Source of the DNA: Candidatus Nomurabacteria bacterium
GTDB lineage: Bacteria; Patescibacteriota; Minisyncoccia; Phycocordibacterales; UBA9973
Length of the DNA: 64,000 nt
Direction of reading: 5' to 3'
Assembly: GCA_016699085.1 (NCBI GenBank)
Contig: CP064958.1
Location: 475,181-539,180 of the forward strand
In this document: piece by piece, positions 43,558-53,984 of the stretch
How the letters are laid out: every line of letters starts with the position of its first letter
Numbering within the stretch: the stretch's first letter is position 1
Notes under the pieces: model-generated
What the model was told of the DNA's origin: nothing
Databases searched by the model: none
What the model saw: only the letters and a program-made list of their open reading frames with translations
Position numbers and translations under genes: made by a program

Positions 43558-46080
43558 ATGACATTCATAAAATCATTATTTGGTAACGCCGATAGCAGAT
43601 TTTCCAAAAGCGTTGCGCCGACACTCACAAAAATAAATGCTCTAGAAAAAGATATACAGAGCCTCTCTGATGCGGATTTCCCACGCAAGACCAATGAGTT
43701 CAAGGAACGTATTCAAAATGGCGAGACATTAGATCATGTGTTGCCTGAGGCGTTCGCCTTAGTACGTGAAGCTGCGAAGCGTTCGCTTGGTCAGCGACAC
43801 TACGATGTGCAGCTCGAAGGTGGCATTGCGCTTCACCAAGGCAAAATTGCCGAAATGAAAACTGGTGAAGGTAAAACACTTGTTGCAACACTTGCAACCT
43901 ATTTAAATGCCCTCGAAGGTCGCGGTGTGCACGTCGTCACTGTCAATGACTATCTCGCGCGCCGTGATGCACAGTGGATGGGGCAGATATATTCTTTTTT
44001 AGGCATGTCAGTTGGTATTATCAATAGCCAACAAGTATCATATCTCTACGACAGTACTCATACCGCAGATGACAAAGAGCATGATGAGACGAGCTCTTTT
44101 AAGGTCATGTATGAATTCCTAAAGCCAGCACCGCGCAAGGCTGCATACCTCGCTGATATTACGTATGGCACGAACAATGAGTTTGGATTTGATTATCTGC
44201 GCGACAATTTGGTTGTTTCTAAAGATCAGCTCACCCAGCGTGAACATTATTACGCAATAGTTGATGAAATCGATTCGATTTTGATTGATGAGGCACGAAC
44301 GCCGCTTATTATTTCTGCTCCTTCAGGAGATTCTGAAAAGCTCTATAGTACATTTGCCGATATTGCAACCAAGCTCTCCGTTGGAGAAGATTACACGGTT
44401 GATGAGAAGCACCATTCGATTGCACTAACTGATGCTGGTATTACGAAAGCAGAAAAATTGCTCGGCATAGATAATATTTATACAGAAAAAGGCATTAAAT
44501 ATGTCCATCACCTTGAGACTGCTGTTCGTGCGCGGGCATTGTATATCAAAGACAAGGAATATGTTGTCAAAGATGGTGAAGTTATTATCGTCGATCAATT
44601 TACTGGGCGATTGCAACCTGGGCGTAGGTATAGTGAAGGCATCCACCAAGCTGTGGAAGCTAAAGAGGGGGTTACGATCCAGCAAGAAACCAAAGCAGCT
44701 GCATCTATAACCTACCAAAATTACTTCCGTCTGTATAAAAAATTATCAGGCATGACTGGTACGGCTAAAACTTCAAGTGAAGAATTCTTCAAGGTGTACG
44801 GTCTTGAAGTCATGACTATTCCGACTCATCGGCCGAACAAGCGTATCGATACGCCGGACTTGGTGTATCAAAGTGAAATCGGTAAGTGGCAAGCAATTGC
44901 TAAAAAAGTTAAAGAGCTTAACAAAAAAGGGCAGCCAGTACTTATTGGTACGATTTCAATCGAGAAAAATGAAATGCTTTCAGCATATCTTGCCAAAGAA
45001 GGTGTGCCGCATACCATACTTAATGCCAAAAACCACGAACGTGAAGGTGAAATCATTTCTCAAGCAGGACGCAAAGGCTCTGTGGTGATCGCTACCAACA
45101 TGGCTGGTCGTGGGGTTGATATTGCACTCGGTGGTAAGCCTTCAACACCAGAAGAAAATGAAGAAGTAAAAAATCTCGGTGGACTTTTTGTCTTGGGTAC
45201 GGAACGTCATGAAGCTCGCCGTATTGATAATCAGCTGCGTGGCCGTTCAGGTCGTCAAGGTGACCCAGGTGAAACTGTTTTCTTTGTATCGCTCGAAGAT
45301 GATCTCATGCGAGTATTTGGCGCAGATAATATCAAGCGCATGATGGGCAAATTTGGTATTCCTGAAGACCAGCCAATACAAAATAAACTCATTTCTCGCG
45401 CACTTGAAAGCGCGCAGGCTAAGATCGAAGGATTTCACTTTGATGCCCGCAAGTATACGCTCGAATATGACAACGTTATGAACCATCAGCGTCATGTGAT
45501 TTATGATCGTCGCCGGGTATTACTGGTTGGTACTTTAGAAGAAATTAAAACCTATATTGATGGATTTATAGCTCAACACGTAGAGCTTGCGGCATTGGCC
45601 GAAGAGAAAAAAGTATTACTCTCTGAAGAGACGTATTATGAAACACTTCGCCGGATTATTCTCTATGTTACTGATGCGCTCTGGTCAGAGCATTTGGAAA
45701 CTATGGAATATACTCGCTCATCGGTAAATTTGCGTGCATATGGTCAGCGTGAACCGCTCATTGAGTATAAAAAAGAAGGCTTGAGGCTTTTCAAGGAACT
45801 CGAACAATCATTACTCGAGCAAGTTTATGAACTAACTAAAACGATTGATACTGGGACAACTGTTGCTCCAGAGAATCCTACACCAGCACCGCAATTTACT
45901 GTTACAAGCAATCCCGCACAAAATCTTGAGCCGCAAAATGTAGCGAGTAATGTTTCAGAAGGTGGATCAAAAATTGGCCGCAATGATTCTTGTCCATGCG
46001 GTAGTGGTAAAAAATGGAAAAAATGTGGCATGCTCAACACTACTGAGCATCAAAAATTACTGGCAGAAAAAAGTAAGTAA
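43558..46080 (+). CDS. secA: Preprotein translocase ATPase SecA with a C-terminal zinc-binding tail
   Basis: Canonical SecA motifs (MKTGEGKT, DEVDSILIDEARTPLIIS) and C-terminal CPCGSGKKWKKCG. Confidence 0.97.
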   Translation: MTFIKSLFGNADSRFSKSVAPTLTKINALEKDIQSLSDADFPRKTNEFKERIQNGETLDHVLPEAFALVREAAKRSLGQRHYDVQLEGGIALHQGKIAEMKTGEGKTLVATLATYLNALEGRGVHVVTVNDYLARRDAQWMGQIYSFLGMSVGIINSQQVSYLYDSTHTADDKEHDETSSFKVMYEFLKPAPRKAAYLADITYGTNNEFGFDYLRDNLVVSKDQLTQREHYYAIVDEIDSILIDEARTPLIISAPSGDSEKLYSTFADIATKLSVGEDYTVDEKHHSIALTDAGITKAEKLLGIDNIYTEKGIKYVHHLETAVRARALYIKDKEYVVKDGEVIIVDQFTGRLQPGRRYSEGIHQAVEAKEGVTIQQETKAAASITYQNYFRLYKKLSGMTGTAKTSSEEFFKVYGLEVMTIPTHRPNKRIDTPDLVYQSEIGKWQAIAKKVKELNKKGQPVLIGTISIEKNEMLSAYLAKEGVPHTILNAKNHEREGEIISQAGRKGSVVIATNMAGRGVDIALGGKPSTPEENEEVKNLGGLFVLGTERHEARRIDNQLRGRSGRQGDPGETVFFVSLEDDLMRVFGADNIKRMMGKFGIPEDQPIQNKLISRALESAQAKIEGFHFDARKYTLEYDNVMNHQRHVIYDRRRVLLVGTLEEIKTYIDGFIAQHVELAALAEEKKVLLSEETYYETLRRIILYVTDALWSEHLETMEYTRSSVNLRAYGQREPLIEYKKEGLRLFKELEQSLLEQVYELTKTIDTGTTVAPENPTPAPQFTVTSNPAQNLEPQNVASNVSEGGSKIGRNDSCPCGSGKKWKKCGMLNTTEHQKLLAEKSK

Positions 46081-46138
46081 TAGTATTTCGTACATAAAAA
46101 ACCGCCCCTGGTATTTGGGGCGGTTTTTGCAAGATATC

Positions 46139-48322
46139 TTATTGTTTTTCAATCTTGCATTCTTTCGTTTTTGTTTTAATTATATACAGCCCGTTTGGCT
46201 GATTTGATAAATCGATATCTCCAGCATAAATTCCTTTCATTAGGAGTTTATTATTGGCTGAGTAGACTCGTATTTCCTCCTCTGCATTTCCTGTCACATT
46301 AATTCTCCCGGTGGTTGGATTTGGATACGCATGCAGTTGATTGTCTCCTTCTTCCAGATCAATAGTCCCGACTCTTGGTGTATTTACCACCAAAGAACAA
46401 GGCAATATCGTCTCAACAGCTAGATCATTGGCAGCAATTTTTGCAGCCGACAAACGATCTCTGTAAGACTGAATGGTTGAACTGAACGCAGGATTATTTA
46501 TCTGATTGGTCAGTTCTAACGGATCATTGACCAAATCGAAAAATTCTTCTGTCGTACTACTACAGCCCGAATACAAGTATTTATACTGCAAATCCCATAG
46601 TCCATGAATGTAAGGTAGATCCTGGTACTGATTCTCCGTTGTGTAGAACGAATGGTAATAAATTTCATTCACCGTAGCAGTATGATTTGCTAGATTTCTC
46701 AGTGAATATCCATCCATACCAAACGTATTCGGTATACCAACAGCATCGAGAATTGTTGTTGGGATATCGATATTTCTTACCAAATCTGTAACGATTGTCC
46801 CAGGTGCAAACCAAGCAGGGTAGCGTACAAACAATGGCAGTTTTACCGATGGCTCATAAGCGATACGCTTCATATTGTAGTGATGCTCACCATACATGTA
46901 GCCATTATCTGAGCTGAAAATGATTATAGTATTGTCGAGTTTGCCTGTAGCGGTAAGCTCATCTAGTATCCTGCCAATATTGTAATCAAGTTCGGCGATC
47001 ACAGCATAGGTATCGTAGTACTGCTCCTGTAGTTCACTTCCCACAGCATAGTTTTTGCCTGGTGGCAAAAGGTATGACCAAGACGCGTAATTTTGCGTAT
47101 ACTTTGCCGTGTCCGGCTTTAATTGCAATGGGAAACTGCGGTATATATCGTATATCGATGTATAGGCAAAAGGGGTATGGGGTGCCTTGTAGGGAAGGTA
47201 TAGATAGAATTGACTGTTCACGTTATGGATGCGATCAATCGCGGCGTCGGTTATGAAATTACTGCTCAGTCCTGTCACTTTTATGCTTGGTCCATCTGAA
47301 TTAATATTCACATTCTTCTTTGTGGCTTCGTCGTTCGACAACACTTCATACCAATAGTCCCAATCTCCGTCTGCATACGCCTGAATTTCGTGGTTTTTCC
47401 CGATCAATCCTGTGTAAATTCCACTTTCACGAAGGATTTTGGGCACTCTTGGTAGGGTTTTATCAAACTGAGCTTGTTTTGAGTTATCAGTGACATGATG
47501 AACGTTCGCACGCCGTCCTGTTAACAAGGTTGCTCGCGTGGGAGCACATAGCGAATATTGGCTATAGCAGTTAGTAAATTTCGCTCCCTCATTTGCTATT
47601 CGATCAATATTGGGAGTTTGAAAGAAGGATGCAGCACCATTACAACTGAACCAATCATACCTGGAATCATCCAAAAGGATAAATATAACGTTTGGATGGG
47701 GAATGCCACCAGTGGTGGTAAATGTAGTAATCGATGTCCAATTAGCTTCAATAGCTGTATCACAGCTATTTATTCTGACCTGGTACATCGTGCCTACTAC
47801 TAATCCTGTTAGGTTTATGCTTGTGCCTCCAGATAGTATGGTCCATGGAGTTGTTCCAATTGGTCTATATTCCACAAATGCATTTGGGTTACATGCAGCT
47901 GACCATGCAACTGTTGCAGACGTGTTGGTAATATTACTTACCTGCACATTTGAAGGCAGACTGCAGGCAAGCGTTGTGGTATTCTTGCCGTTTTGTGTAG
48001 CCCCAGGGGTACTGTCGGCGCAAAATCCTTGCAATTTGAACGCATACTGGGTGTCTCCGATAAGTCCTGTCACTATATACGTGGTTACATTACCTACGTT
48101 TACAATTGTCCAATTTCCATTGGGATTAATTTTTCGATAACTTAATTCATAATAAGTGGCATTTGCCACCGTGTTCCAGTTAACCGTAACTGAACATTCA
48201 GTTACATTGGTCAGTGTTTTAACTGCAACGGGTCCTGGCGGTGTGCATACTGCCATTGAAAAGTTAAAGGGGATAGTGACTGAAATCACTATCGCCAAGA
48301 AGAAGGTGAGGATCTTTTTCAT
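46139..48322 (-). CDS. Secreted sulfatase (formylglycine-dependent) with two N-terminal FN3-like domains and a C-terminal T9SS type-A (Por) sorting domain
   Basis: Signal peptide. Sulfatase signature CAPTRATLLTGRR (C-x-P-x-R) after FILLDDSRYDWF. C-terminus AYPNPTTGRINV...NGLYIIKTKTKECKIEKQ matches the T9SS CTD pattern. Confidence 0.8.
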   Translation of the reverse strand: MKKILTFFLAIVISVTIPFNFSMAVCTPPGPVAVKTLTNVTECSVTVNWNTVANATYYELSYRKINPNGNWTIVNVGNVTTYIVTGLIGDTQYAFKLQGFCADSTPGATQNGKNTTTLACSLPSNVQVSNITNTSATVAWSAACNPNAFVEYRPIGTTPWTILSGGTSINLTGLVVGTMYQVRINSCDTAIEANWTSITTFTTTGGIPHPNVIFILLDDSRYDWFSCNGAASFFQTPNIDRIANEGAKFTNCYSQYSLCAPTRATLLTGRRANVHHVTDNSKQAQFDKTLPRVPKILRESGIYTGLIGKNHEIQAYADGDWDYWYEVLSNDEATKKNVNINSDGPSIKVTGLSSNFITDAAIDRIHNVNSQFYLYLPYKAPHTPFAYTSIYDIYRSFPLQLKPDTAKYTQNYASWSYLLPPGKNYAVGSELQEQYYDTYAVIAELDYNIGRILDELTATGKLDNTIIIFSSDNGYMYGEHHYNMKRIAYEPSVKLPLFVRYPAWFAPGTIVTDLVRNIDIPTTILDAVGIPNTFGMDGYSLRNLANHTATVNEIYYHSFYTTENQYQDLPYIHGLWDLQYKYLYSGCSSTTEEFFDLVNDPLELTNQINNPAFSSTIQSYRDRLSAAKIAANDLAVETILPCSLVVNTPRVGTIDLEEGDNQLHAYPNPTTGRINVTGNAEEEIRVYSANNKLLMKGIYAGDIDLSNQPNGLYIIKTKTKECKIEKQ

Positions 48323-48709
48323 AGGTGTAGGTTTTTGGTTTTTTATTCGTTTTTTAAAAAATGCCTTGGATCTATTTAAGCATTTATTGTATTTTTTTAC
48401 AATTATGGATTTCTATTGTTTAGTTTTTTAGGTAAAAATTGATATGTTTTACTCGTTTTGTATCTATTTTTCGATTAAAGTAAAGAATTTTATAAAGTCT
48501 GCTAAAACTACACATATTTACTGTATATTTGTCAATGTTTAATCTCTAAAATATCCTTATAAAATAAGGATATTTTTCATTTGACACACTACAAAAATGT
48601 TGTCTAACTATTGACTTCTTGTGTCAAACATGCTAGTATATGGGCATCTCCAAAAGTCTATTGTCTTATGGAGTTTTTTAATTAGAGGCCGAAGTTCGGC
48701 TATACCGAT

Positions 48710-49330
48710 ATGACGTTTGATGGAGCAAAACCATCAGTTATGGGTAAAAACATACTTATACGCTCTCTACAGTCATTTGTCGTTATTCCTATTTTGGCGA
48801 CAAACTTTGCCACTTTCCCACTAGTTAGTACAAAGCTTCCTACTGTAGCAGTATCAATGTCCGAAGAAATTAGGCTCCTTGATGAAAAGTCCACTGATAA
48901 CAAACAGGAGGAACGTATCATTAAGGCCAAACAGATTGACAATTATTTTCTCGATAACGGCATGAAGCCACTAGTTGGCTATGGTATGAAGATGGTTCTT
49001 GCTGCTGAAGCAAACGACATTGATTCATATCTATTGCCTGCGATTGCAGTTCGTGAATCTACGGGCGGTATACATGCTTGTAAAAGCGTGCCGAACAATG
49101 CCTGGGGATGGCATTCCTGTAAGCGTGGTTTCAAATCTTATAATGAAGCAATCGATACGATTGCCAAGCATTTGGGTGGAAACATGACGACAACAGCAAA
49201 GTACTACGAAAATAAAACAACTATTCAAATTCTCGAAAGTTATAATCCTCGTTCAATCGTACCTCGGTACCCTGAACAAGTGATGAATATTATGAAGAAT
49301 ATTGAAACACATACAACTCAAGAAGCCTAA
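48710..49330 (+). CDS. Hypothetical membrane-anchored protein, possibly with a lysozyme-like or transglycosylase-like domain
   Basis: The LLPAIAVRESTGG segment weakly resembles the SLT E-S motif. Otherwise unassigned. Confidence 0.35.
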   Translation: MTFDGAKPSVMGKNILIRSLQSFVVIPILATNFATFPLVSTKLPTVAVSMSEEIRLLDEKSTDNKQEERIIKAKQIDNYFLDNGMKPLVGYGMKMVLAAEANDIDSYLLPAIAVRESTGGIHACKSVPNNAWGWHSCKRGFKSYNEAIDTIAKHLGGNMTTTAKYYENKTTIQILESYNPRSIVPRYPEQVMNIMKNIETHTTQEA

Positions 49331-49376
49331 TAAAAGGGAAAAGCGCAATCAGTGATTGCGCTTTTTTCTTTTGTTG

Positions 49377-49964
49377 CTATCGCCATTGGCCACTAGCATG
49401 ACTCGGTGTGAAGAGTTCGCCTTGGTTGACTCGTTCAATACCTCCGGAAGTCTTGATGAGCTCTTTTTCATGGAGGCAGCCCCCAATAAATTTCTCAAGC
49501 ATGTCCCTATTTTCTGTAGGATGGTCGTTTAAGAATTGCTCCTGCAAATGCTTGTATTCAGGGATCGCATTAAATACAACCTCTACTTCCTTTGCCCAGG
49601 ATAGATGAATAATTGTATTAGTTTGCTTCTTCCTTCTGCTGATGAGGCTCATGAAGTCTCGAACCGTATAAGATGAGCGAGCTTCACTATTCCAGACCAA
49701 GAATGCTGCAAGGGGGTAAAAAATACGCATAGGATTTGTCAAATCTTTTATGTATCTTGCAAAATTCAATTGGAACTGTCCAATGCTTTCATTTGCAGAA
49801 GAAATCTGCAAATGGTTTCTGCTTTCGCTTTTGCATATTGCCGTTATTATCTTTTTTACGGCTTCATCAGGGGGAACCCCCTTAACTTTTTCAGCAAACT
49901 CGGACTTTAGTACAAAGTACAAGGTGCCGACAATGCTATGCCAAGAACTTAACGTTTGTTTCAT
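49377..49964 (-). CDS. Hypothetical protein
   Basis: 195-aa ORF. No family recognised. Confidence 0.4.
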   Translation of the reverse strand: MKQTLSSWHSIVGTLYFVLKSEFAEKVKGVPPDEAVKKIITAICKSESRNHLQISSANESIGQFQLNFARYIKDLTNPMRIFYPLAAFLVWNSEARSSYTVRDFMSLISRRKKQTNTIIHLSWAKEVEVVFNAIPEYKHLQEQFLNDHPTENRDMLEKFIGGCLHEKELIKTSGGIERVNQGELFTPSHASGQWR

Positions 49965-50136
49965 AACAAAGTGCTTTAGTTTGTCTAATTATACAAAGTT
50001 TATACCCTTTGTCAAAAAAGCTTATACTGTAAGGTTATTTTCTATGCTTACTCTATTGACTTATTGATATGTATTTGGTATAATGATACCAAATATAAAA
50101 CTCTTTTTAAATTCATAAAAACAAAAACATAACAGA

Positions 50137-51126
50137 ATGAAAACAAGAATTCTCTTTATTTTTGCTATCGCTAGTATCCTTTTCAGTTCATGTGGGCTTT
50201 TCAAAAAAGCTGACAAAACTCCTGAAGAAAAAAAACAGGATACACTGACCGTTAAGATGGTCAGCAATGAACCAGGGGGGCTGAATTTAATCCCTCAAAG
50301 AATCAAAGATTCAACTCAGTTTTATTTAAGCTCTAGCATTGAATTATTTGCAGTTGACACCGGTTATGATGTAAAGGTTGAGGGAGTTATCAATGTCTAT
50401 GCTCGTCCAGAAATGTATCGGAATTTTAAAGCCGGTAAACCAGGGCTGGCAAAAGACCTGAGTGGAACACAGCCTGATTATATTTTGGATGTTTTATTTG
50501 ATACTCTAAAATCTGATCATGATAAGTTTTTAAACTTTGAAAGTGATGATAAGGGGTATCGATTTATTGATGACTATGGAGATGCTTCTGATAGTATTAT
50601 CTATTATGATGGTCGTGAGTTTCGTTACAGATTCGATACACTACCATATTTGATAGTTAAGCCAAACTTTCATTCCGCACCGGTAGACAGAAAGGAAGCA
50701 TCTGGTGTTTTGTTTGGACAATCTACAGAACCTTCAGCATCCGCACCGTTAGCATCTCCTAATACTACTGTGAAAAAAGATTCAGTTACAAAAACGAATC
50801 CAACAGTTTCTGGAAAAGGAGGATTGCCAAGTAGAAATGGAAGCGTTTCCACAGATACAGTCGCATTAAATATCACTTTCACCCCAGGTAAATTAAATGC
50901 TCAAGGAGGAAGGGAGGGGATTGTAAGCTGGGATAAAAAATTGATTGGTGCAACATATAAACTTATAGTTTATTATGAGCAAGAAAATTTGTCACAAGCT
51001 GATAATATTACCGGCTCCGCATCGCCAATTATATTAACTCCAGGGTTTACTTATACTCTGAAAGTTATAGGAAAAGATGCAACGGGCAAAATTATTGCAC
51101 AAGGTAAAAAAATTATAACCTTGTGA
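50137..51126 (+). CDS. Hypothetical lipoprotein
   Basis: Signal peptide plus lipobox FSSCG. 329 aa. Ser/Thr/Pro-rich linker. Confidence 0.45.
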   Translation: MKTRILFIFAIASILFSSCGLFKKADKTPEEKKQDTLTVKMVSNEPGGLNLIPQRIKDSTQFYLSSSIELFAVDTGYDVKVEGVINVYARPEMYRNFKAGKPGLAKDLSGTQPDYILDVLFDTLKSDHDKFLNFESDDKGYRFIDDYGDASDSIIYYDGREFRYRFDTLPYLIVKPNFHSAPVDRKEASGVLFGQSTEPSASAPLASPNTTVKKDSVTKTNPTVSGKGGLPSRNGSVSTDTVALNITFTPGKLNAQGGREGIVSWDKKLIGATYKLIVYYEQENLSQADNITGSASPIILTPGFTYTLKVIGKDATGKIIAQGKKIITL

Positions 51127-51176
51127 TTAATTGAAGTGTTCAAAACCGCGACATATGTTGCGGTTTTTTTTATTTT

Positions 51177-51938
51177 CTATACGAGAAAAAGTAGTATAAG
51201 AATACCTACAATAATTCGATAGATCCCGAAACCTATGAACGTGTGATTTTTGATGAAGTTCAAGAATACTTTGATGGCGATAAGTGCTGTGACAAATGAC
51301 GTTATAAAGCCTACAGAGAGTAGTAGGTATTCATTGGTTGTAAAAGCAAACCCAGTCTTCATCAGGTCAAACCCTGTCGCTGCGGCCATAGTAGGTATGG
51401 CGAGTAGGAATGAAAATTCTACTATCGTTTCTCGTGGAATGCCGAGAATAAGTCCACCAATAATTGTTGCGCCTGACCGTGATACGCCAGGAATGACAGC
51501 GAGGGTTTGGAAAATTCCTACGAGTCCAGCGCGCTTATACGTAATAGCATTTTCGAGTCTCATGCTGTTTCGCCAATATAGCTCGAGAGCTATCATGATG
51601 ATGCCGCCGACAAGGAGTGCAGTAGCGACAATCATGATGTTTCCAAGAAGAAAACTTTTGATAAAAGGGTAGAGGACAAAGCCGATGATTGCAGTAGGGA
51701 TAAATGCAAATGCGACTTTTTTGAATGTTGGCACATTTGCCAATATTTTCTTGAGATAAAGTACAACAACAGCCAGAATTGCGCCGAGCTGAATAATAAT
51801 ATCGAAACTTTTGACGAACTCGGTTTCAGGAATGTTCAGAATATGATTGGCAATAATGAGATGACCAGTGGATGATATTGGGAGAAATTCTGTTATTCCT
51901 TCGATGATGCCTAGAATAAATGCTTGAAATACGTGCAT
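51177..51938 (-). CDS. uppP: Undecaprenyl-diphosphatase (BacA/UppP)
   Basis: ILGIIEGITEFLPISSTGHL N-terminal signature, with GVSRSGATI, 253 aa. Confidence 0.9.
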   Translation of the reverse strand: MHVFQAFILGIIEGITEFLPISSTGHLIIANHILNIPETEFVKSFDIIIQLGAILAVVVLYLKKILANVPTFKKVAFAFIPTAIIGFVLYPFIKSFLLGNIMIVATALLVGGIIMIALELYWRNSMRLENAITYKRAGLVGIFQTLAVIPGVSRSGATIIGGLILGIPRETIVEFSFLLAIPTMAAATGFDLMKTGFAFTTNEYLLLSVGFITSFVTALIAIKVFLNFIKNHTFIGFGIYRIIVGILILLFLV

Positions 51939-51943
51939 GTGAG

Positions 51944-52468
51944 TTAATTCGCGAACATGCTATAGATAAATTTTACGACTGGATCAATATCAGGTCCGTA
52001 GACAATAGCGGCGCCTAATGAGCCAGTGATCGTGATAAGTGCAAGGCCTATAATAGCAAGTGGTACAAGAAAAAATCTTTTCCAGAAATAATTTTTGATT
52101 TTTAGCACTCTATTCCAAATAGAAATGAGTCGAGGAGATTTGTCACCTAGTGGTGCATATCGTTCTATGAGGGTTATGAGGTACAGGAGTGCGATGAAGC
52201 CGTAGATATAGGATGCAGCATTAGCAAAGGTCGAATGTGTCTCGACGAGATTGTGAATACTTGAACTATTGCCAAGTGCTTCTTCTGCCATTTCGCCGGT
52301 TTTAAGTGTCACCAGTGAGGAGAGGCTACCAATGATGATAAATGTTGCTTTAATCGCAAATGCAGGCCGTGACCGCTGAAATCGTCTCCATGGCAGAATT
52401 TCGAGTAGGGTAAAGATGGTAAATAAGGCTATAGGGAAGTGCACAAAAAGGGGGTGTATGTTTGACAT
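51944..52468 (-). CDS. Hypothetical integral membrane protein
   Basis: 174 aa with four to five TM helices. Confidence 0.45.
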   Translation of the reverse strand: MSNIHPLFVHFPIALFTIFTLLEILPWRRFQRSRPAFAIKATFIIIGSLSSLVTLKTGEMAEEALGNSSSIHNLVETHSTFANAASYIYGFIALLYLITLIERYAPLGDKSPRLISIWNRVLKIKNYFWKRFFLVPLAIIGLALITITGSLGAAIVYGPDIDPVVKFIYSMFAN

Positions 52469-52592
52469 AGGTCAATTATACCATGTAAAGTAAAGGTTTT
52501 TAAGTTATATATGGCACTCTAAACAGTTGACTTTTTCATATATATGTGATATGATACAAGTCTAAGTTCTTCTCACAAAAAAATAATCTACT

Positions 52593-53321
52593 ATGAAAAA
52601 ATACTTCAGTCAGTTTCTCACCTTATCTTTTTTCGGATTTTTACTGCTTACTACTGCATGTCACAAACCAGTGCCTTCGAGCATATCAAATCCACTTAAT
52701 TGGCAATTTCGCATTTTTGATGCCAGGCCTGTACAATTTATTAACTCCACAGATCAGGGAGTAAATATGTACATGAGCTTTTTCCAAGCTCAGCCACCAT
52801 TAAATATGAATTTTGAGTTCATTAATTCAGGCGGGGGGATTGCAGCAAATGAGCAACCTTATCTTGGAAATGAATTGATCCCAGGATCATATGGATATCA
52901 CCGTAAAGTTACCACATTGCAATTTGCAAACAGTGATACACTTCGTATCACCGAGCAACGCAAGTTTGCTCTTGATGTGTACAATGGCGACTATGATCTT
53001 CTTGATGGAAGAACATATATGCCATCCTGGGAAAAAAGAGCTGCTTTTGTTTTACAGAGTGCATTTGATAATGGGATTTATTTTGTAATCGTCAAAGAAG
53101 AAAAAACGGCATTTTTCCGTACAACAAGCGGTGACTTAATTCATCCAGTTGTATATGATTTACAAAATCCTCCTGATATCGCTGTAGATTCAAATGGTAA
53201 TGCAGAGGAGCTTGATTCACTTGGTAATCCAGTGATCCTTTATCATGAAAGAATTACTGTTGAAATGATTGATAGCATCGCTGCCATTCAGGAGAAGCAG
53301 CAAAATATTGTCTTAGACTAA
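52593..53321 (+). CDS. Hypothetical secreted or lipoprotein
   Basis: Signal peptide plus LLTTACH. 242 aa. Confidence 0.45.
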   Translation: MKKYFSQFLTLSFFGFLLLTTACHKPVPSSISNPLNWQFRIFDARPVQFINSTDQGVNMYMSFFQAQPPLNMNFEFINSGGGIAANEQPYLGNELIPGSYGYHRKVTTLQFANSDTLRITEQRKFALDVYNGDYDLLDGRTYMPSWEKRAAFVLQSAFDNGIYFVIVKEEKTAFFRTTSGDLIHPVVYDLQNPPDIAVDSNGNAEELDSLGNPVILYHERITVEMIDSIAAIQEKQQNIVLD

Positions 53322-53370
53322 GCCATAGTTAAAAGACAAATATCGCACCCAATTTATTAGGGTGCGATTT

Positions 53371-53973
53371 TTATTTTCTCCATTCTGTTATAGCACTTGC
53401 TTGTTGTTCAAATTGAGTTGCTTTTGCAAATTGTTGGATTTGGGAATTGGTAAAAAGTGTAGTGTGTGGTGATTCATCGAGTGCTGTACCGATATCCCAC
53501 AGGTCTTCGTCGCTTGTGACCCACGATGGATCAAGTTTTGATACATCAAAAGGTTTCGAGTAACTCCGCAGTGTTTTACTACCTGTTGCGTCTGTGTACT
53601 CGTGAAAGTACGACATGACGAGTTCACGGATAGTTGTGTACACCGCTTCGCGAAATCTGAGTACAGGATAGTTGGTTTTACTAATTGCTCCCCAGCATGT
53701 CCCAGCTTTAAAGAGTGCAACAACATGATCTACATCTTTGCGGCTAGCTTTAAGATCAAGTATGAGTGGTTTATGTCCATGGTAAGCAAGTGCAAGTGCG
53801 GCAAATAGTGCACCTTCAATACAGTGGGCTTTTTTATTTTTCATTACTAAACGAGGGGAATATAGTGTCTCATCAAAATTTTGTGGAATAGTATTGAGCC
53901 AGTTTTGAATTTTCTTGGGTGTATTGAGCTCTTTAAGAAGGGCAAGCTCAGTCTTGGTGAGGTCTTTAAACAT
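53371..53973 (-). CDS. Hypothetical protein, possibly a transglutaminase-like (Cys-His-Asp) fold
   Basis: KKAHCIEGALFAALAL (Cys), DHVVALF (His) and a downstream Asp spaced as in transglutaminase-like cores. Confidence 0.35.
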   Translation of the reverse strand: MFKDLTKTELALLKELNTPKKIQNWLNTIPQNFDETLYSPRLVMKNKKAHCIEGALFAALALAYHGHKPLILDLKASRKDVDHVVALFKAGTCWGAISKTNYPVLRFREAVYTTIRELVMSYFHEYTDATGSKTLRSYSKPFDVSKLDPSWVTSDEDLWDIGTALDESPHTTLFTNSQIQQFAKATQFEQQASAITEWRK

Positions 53974-53984
53974 AGTGCCAGTAT

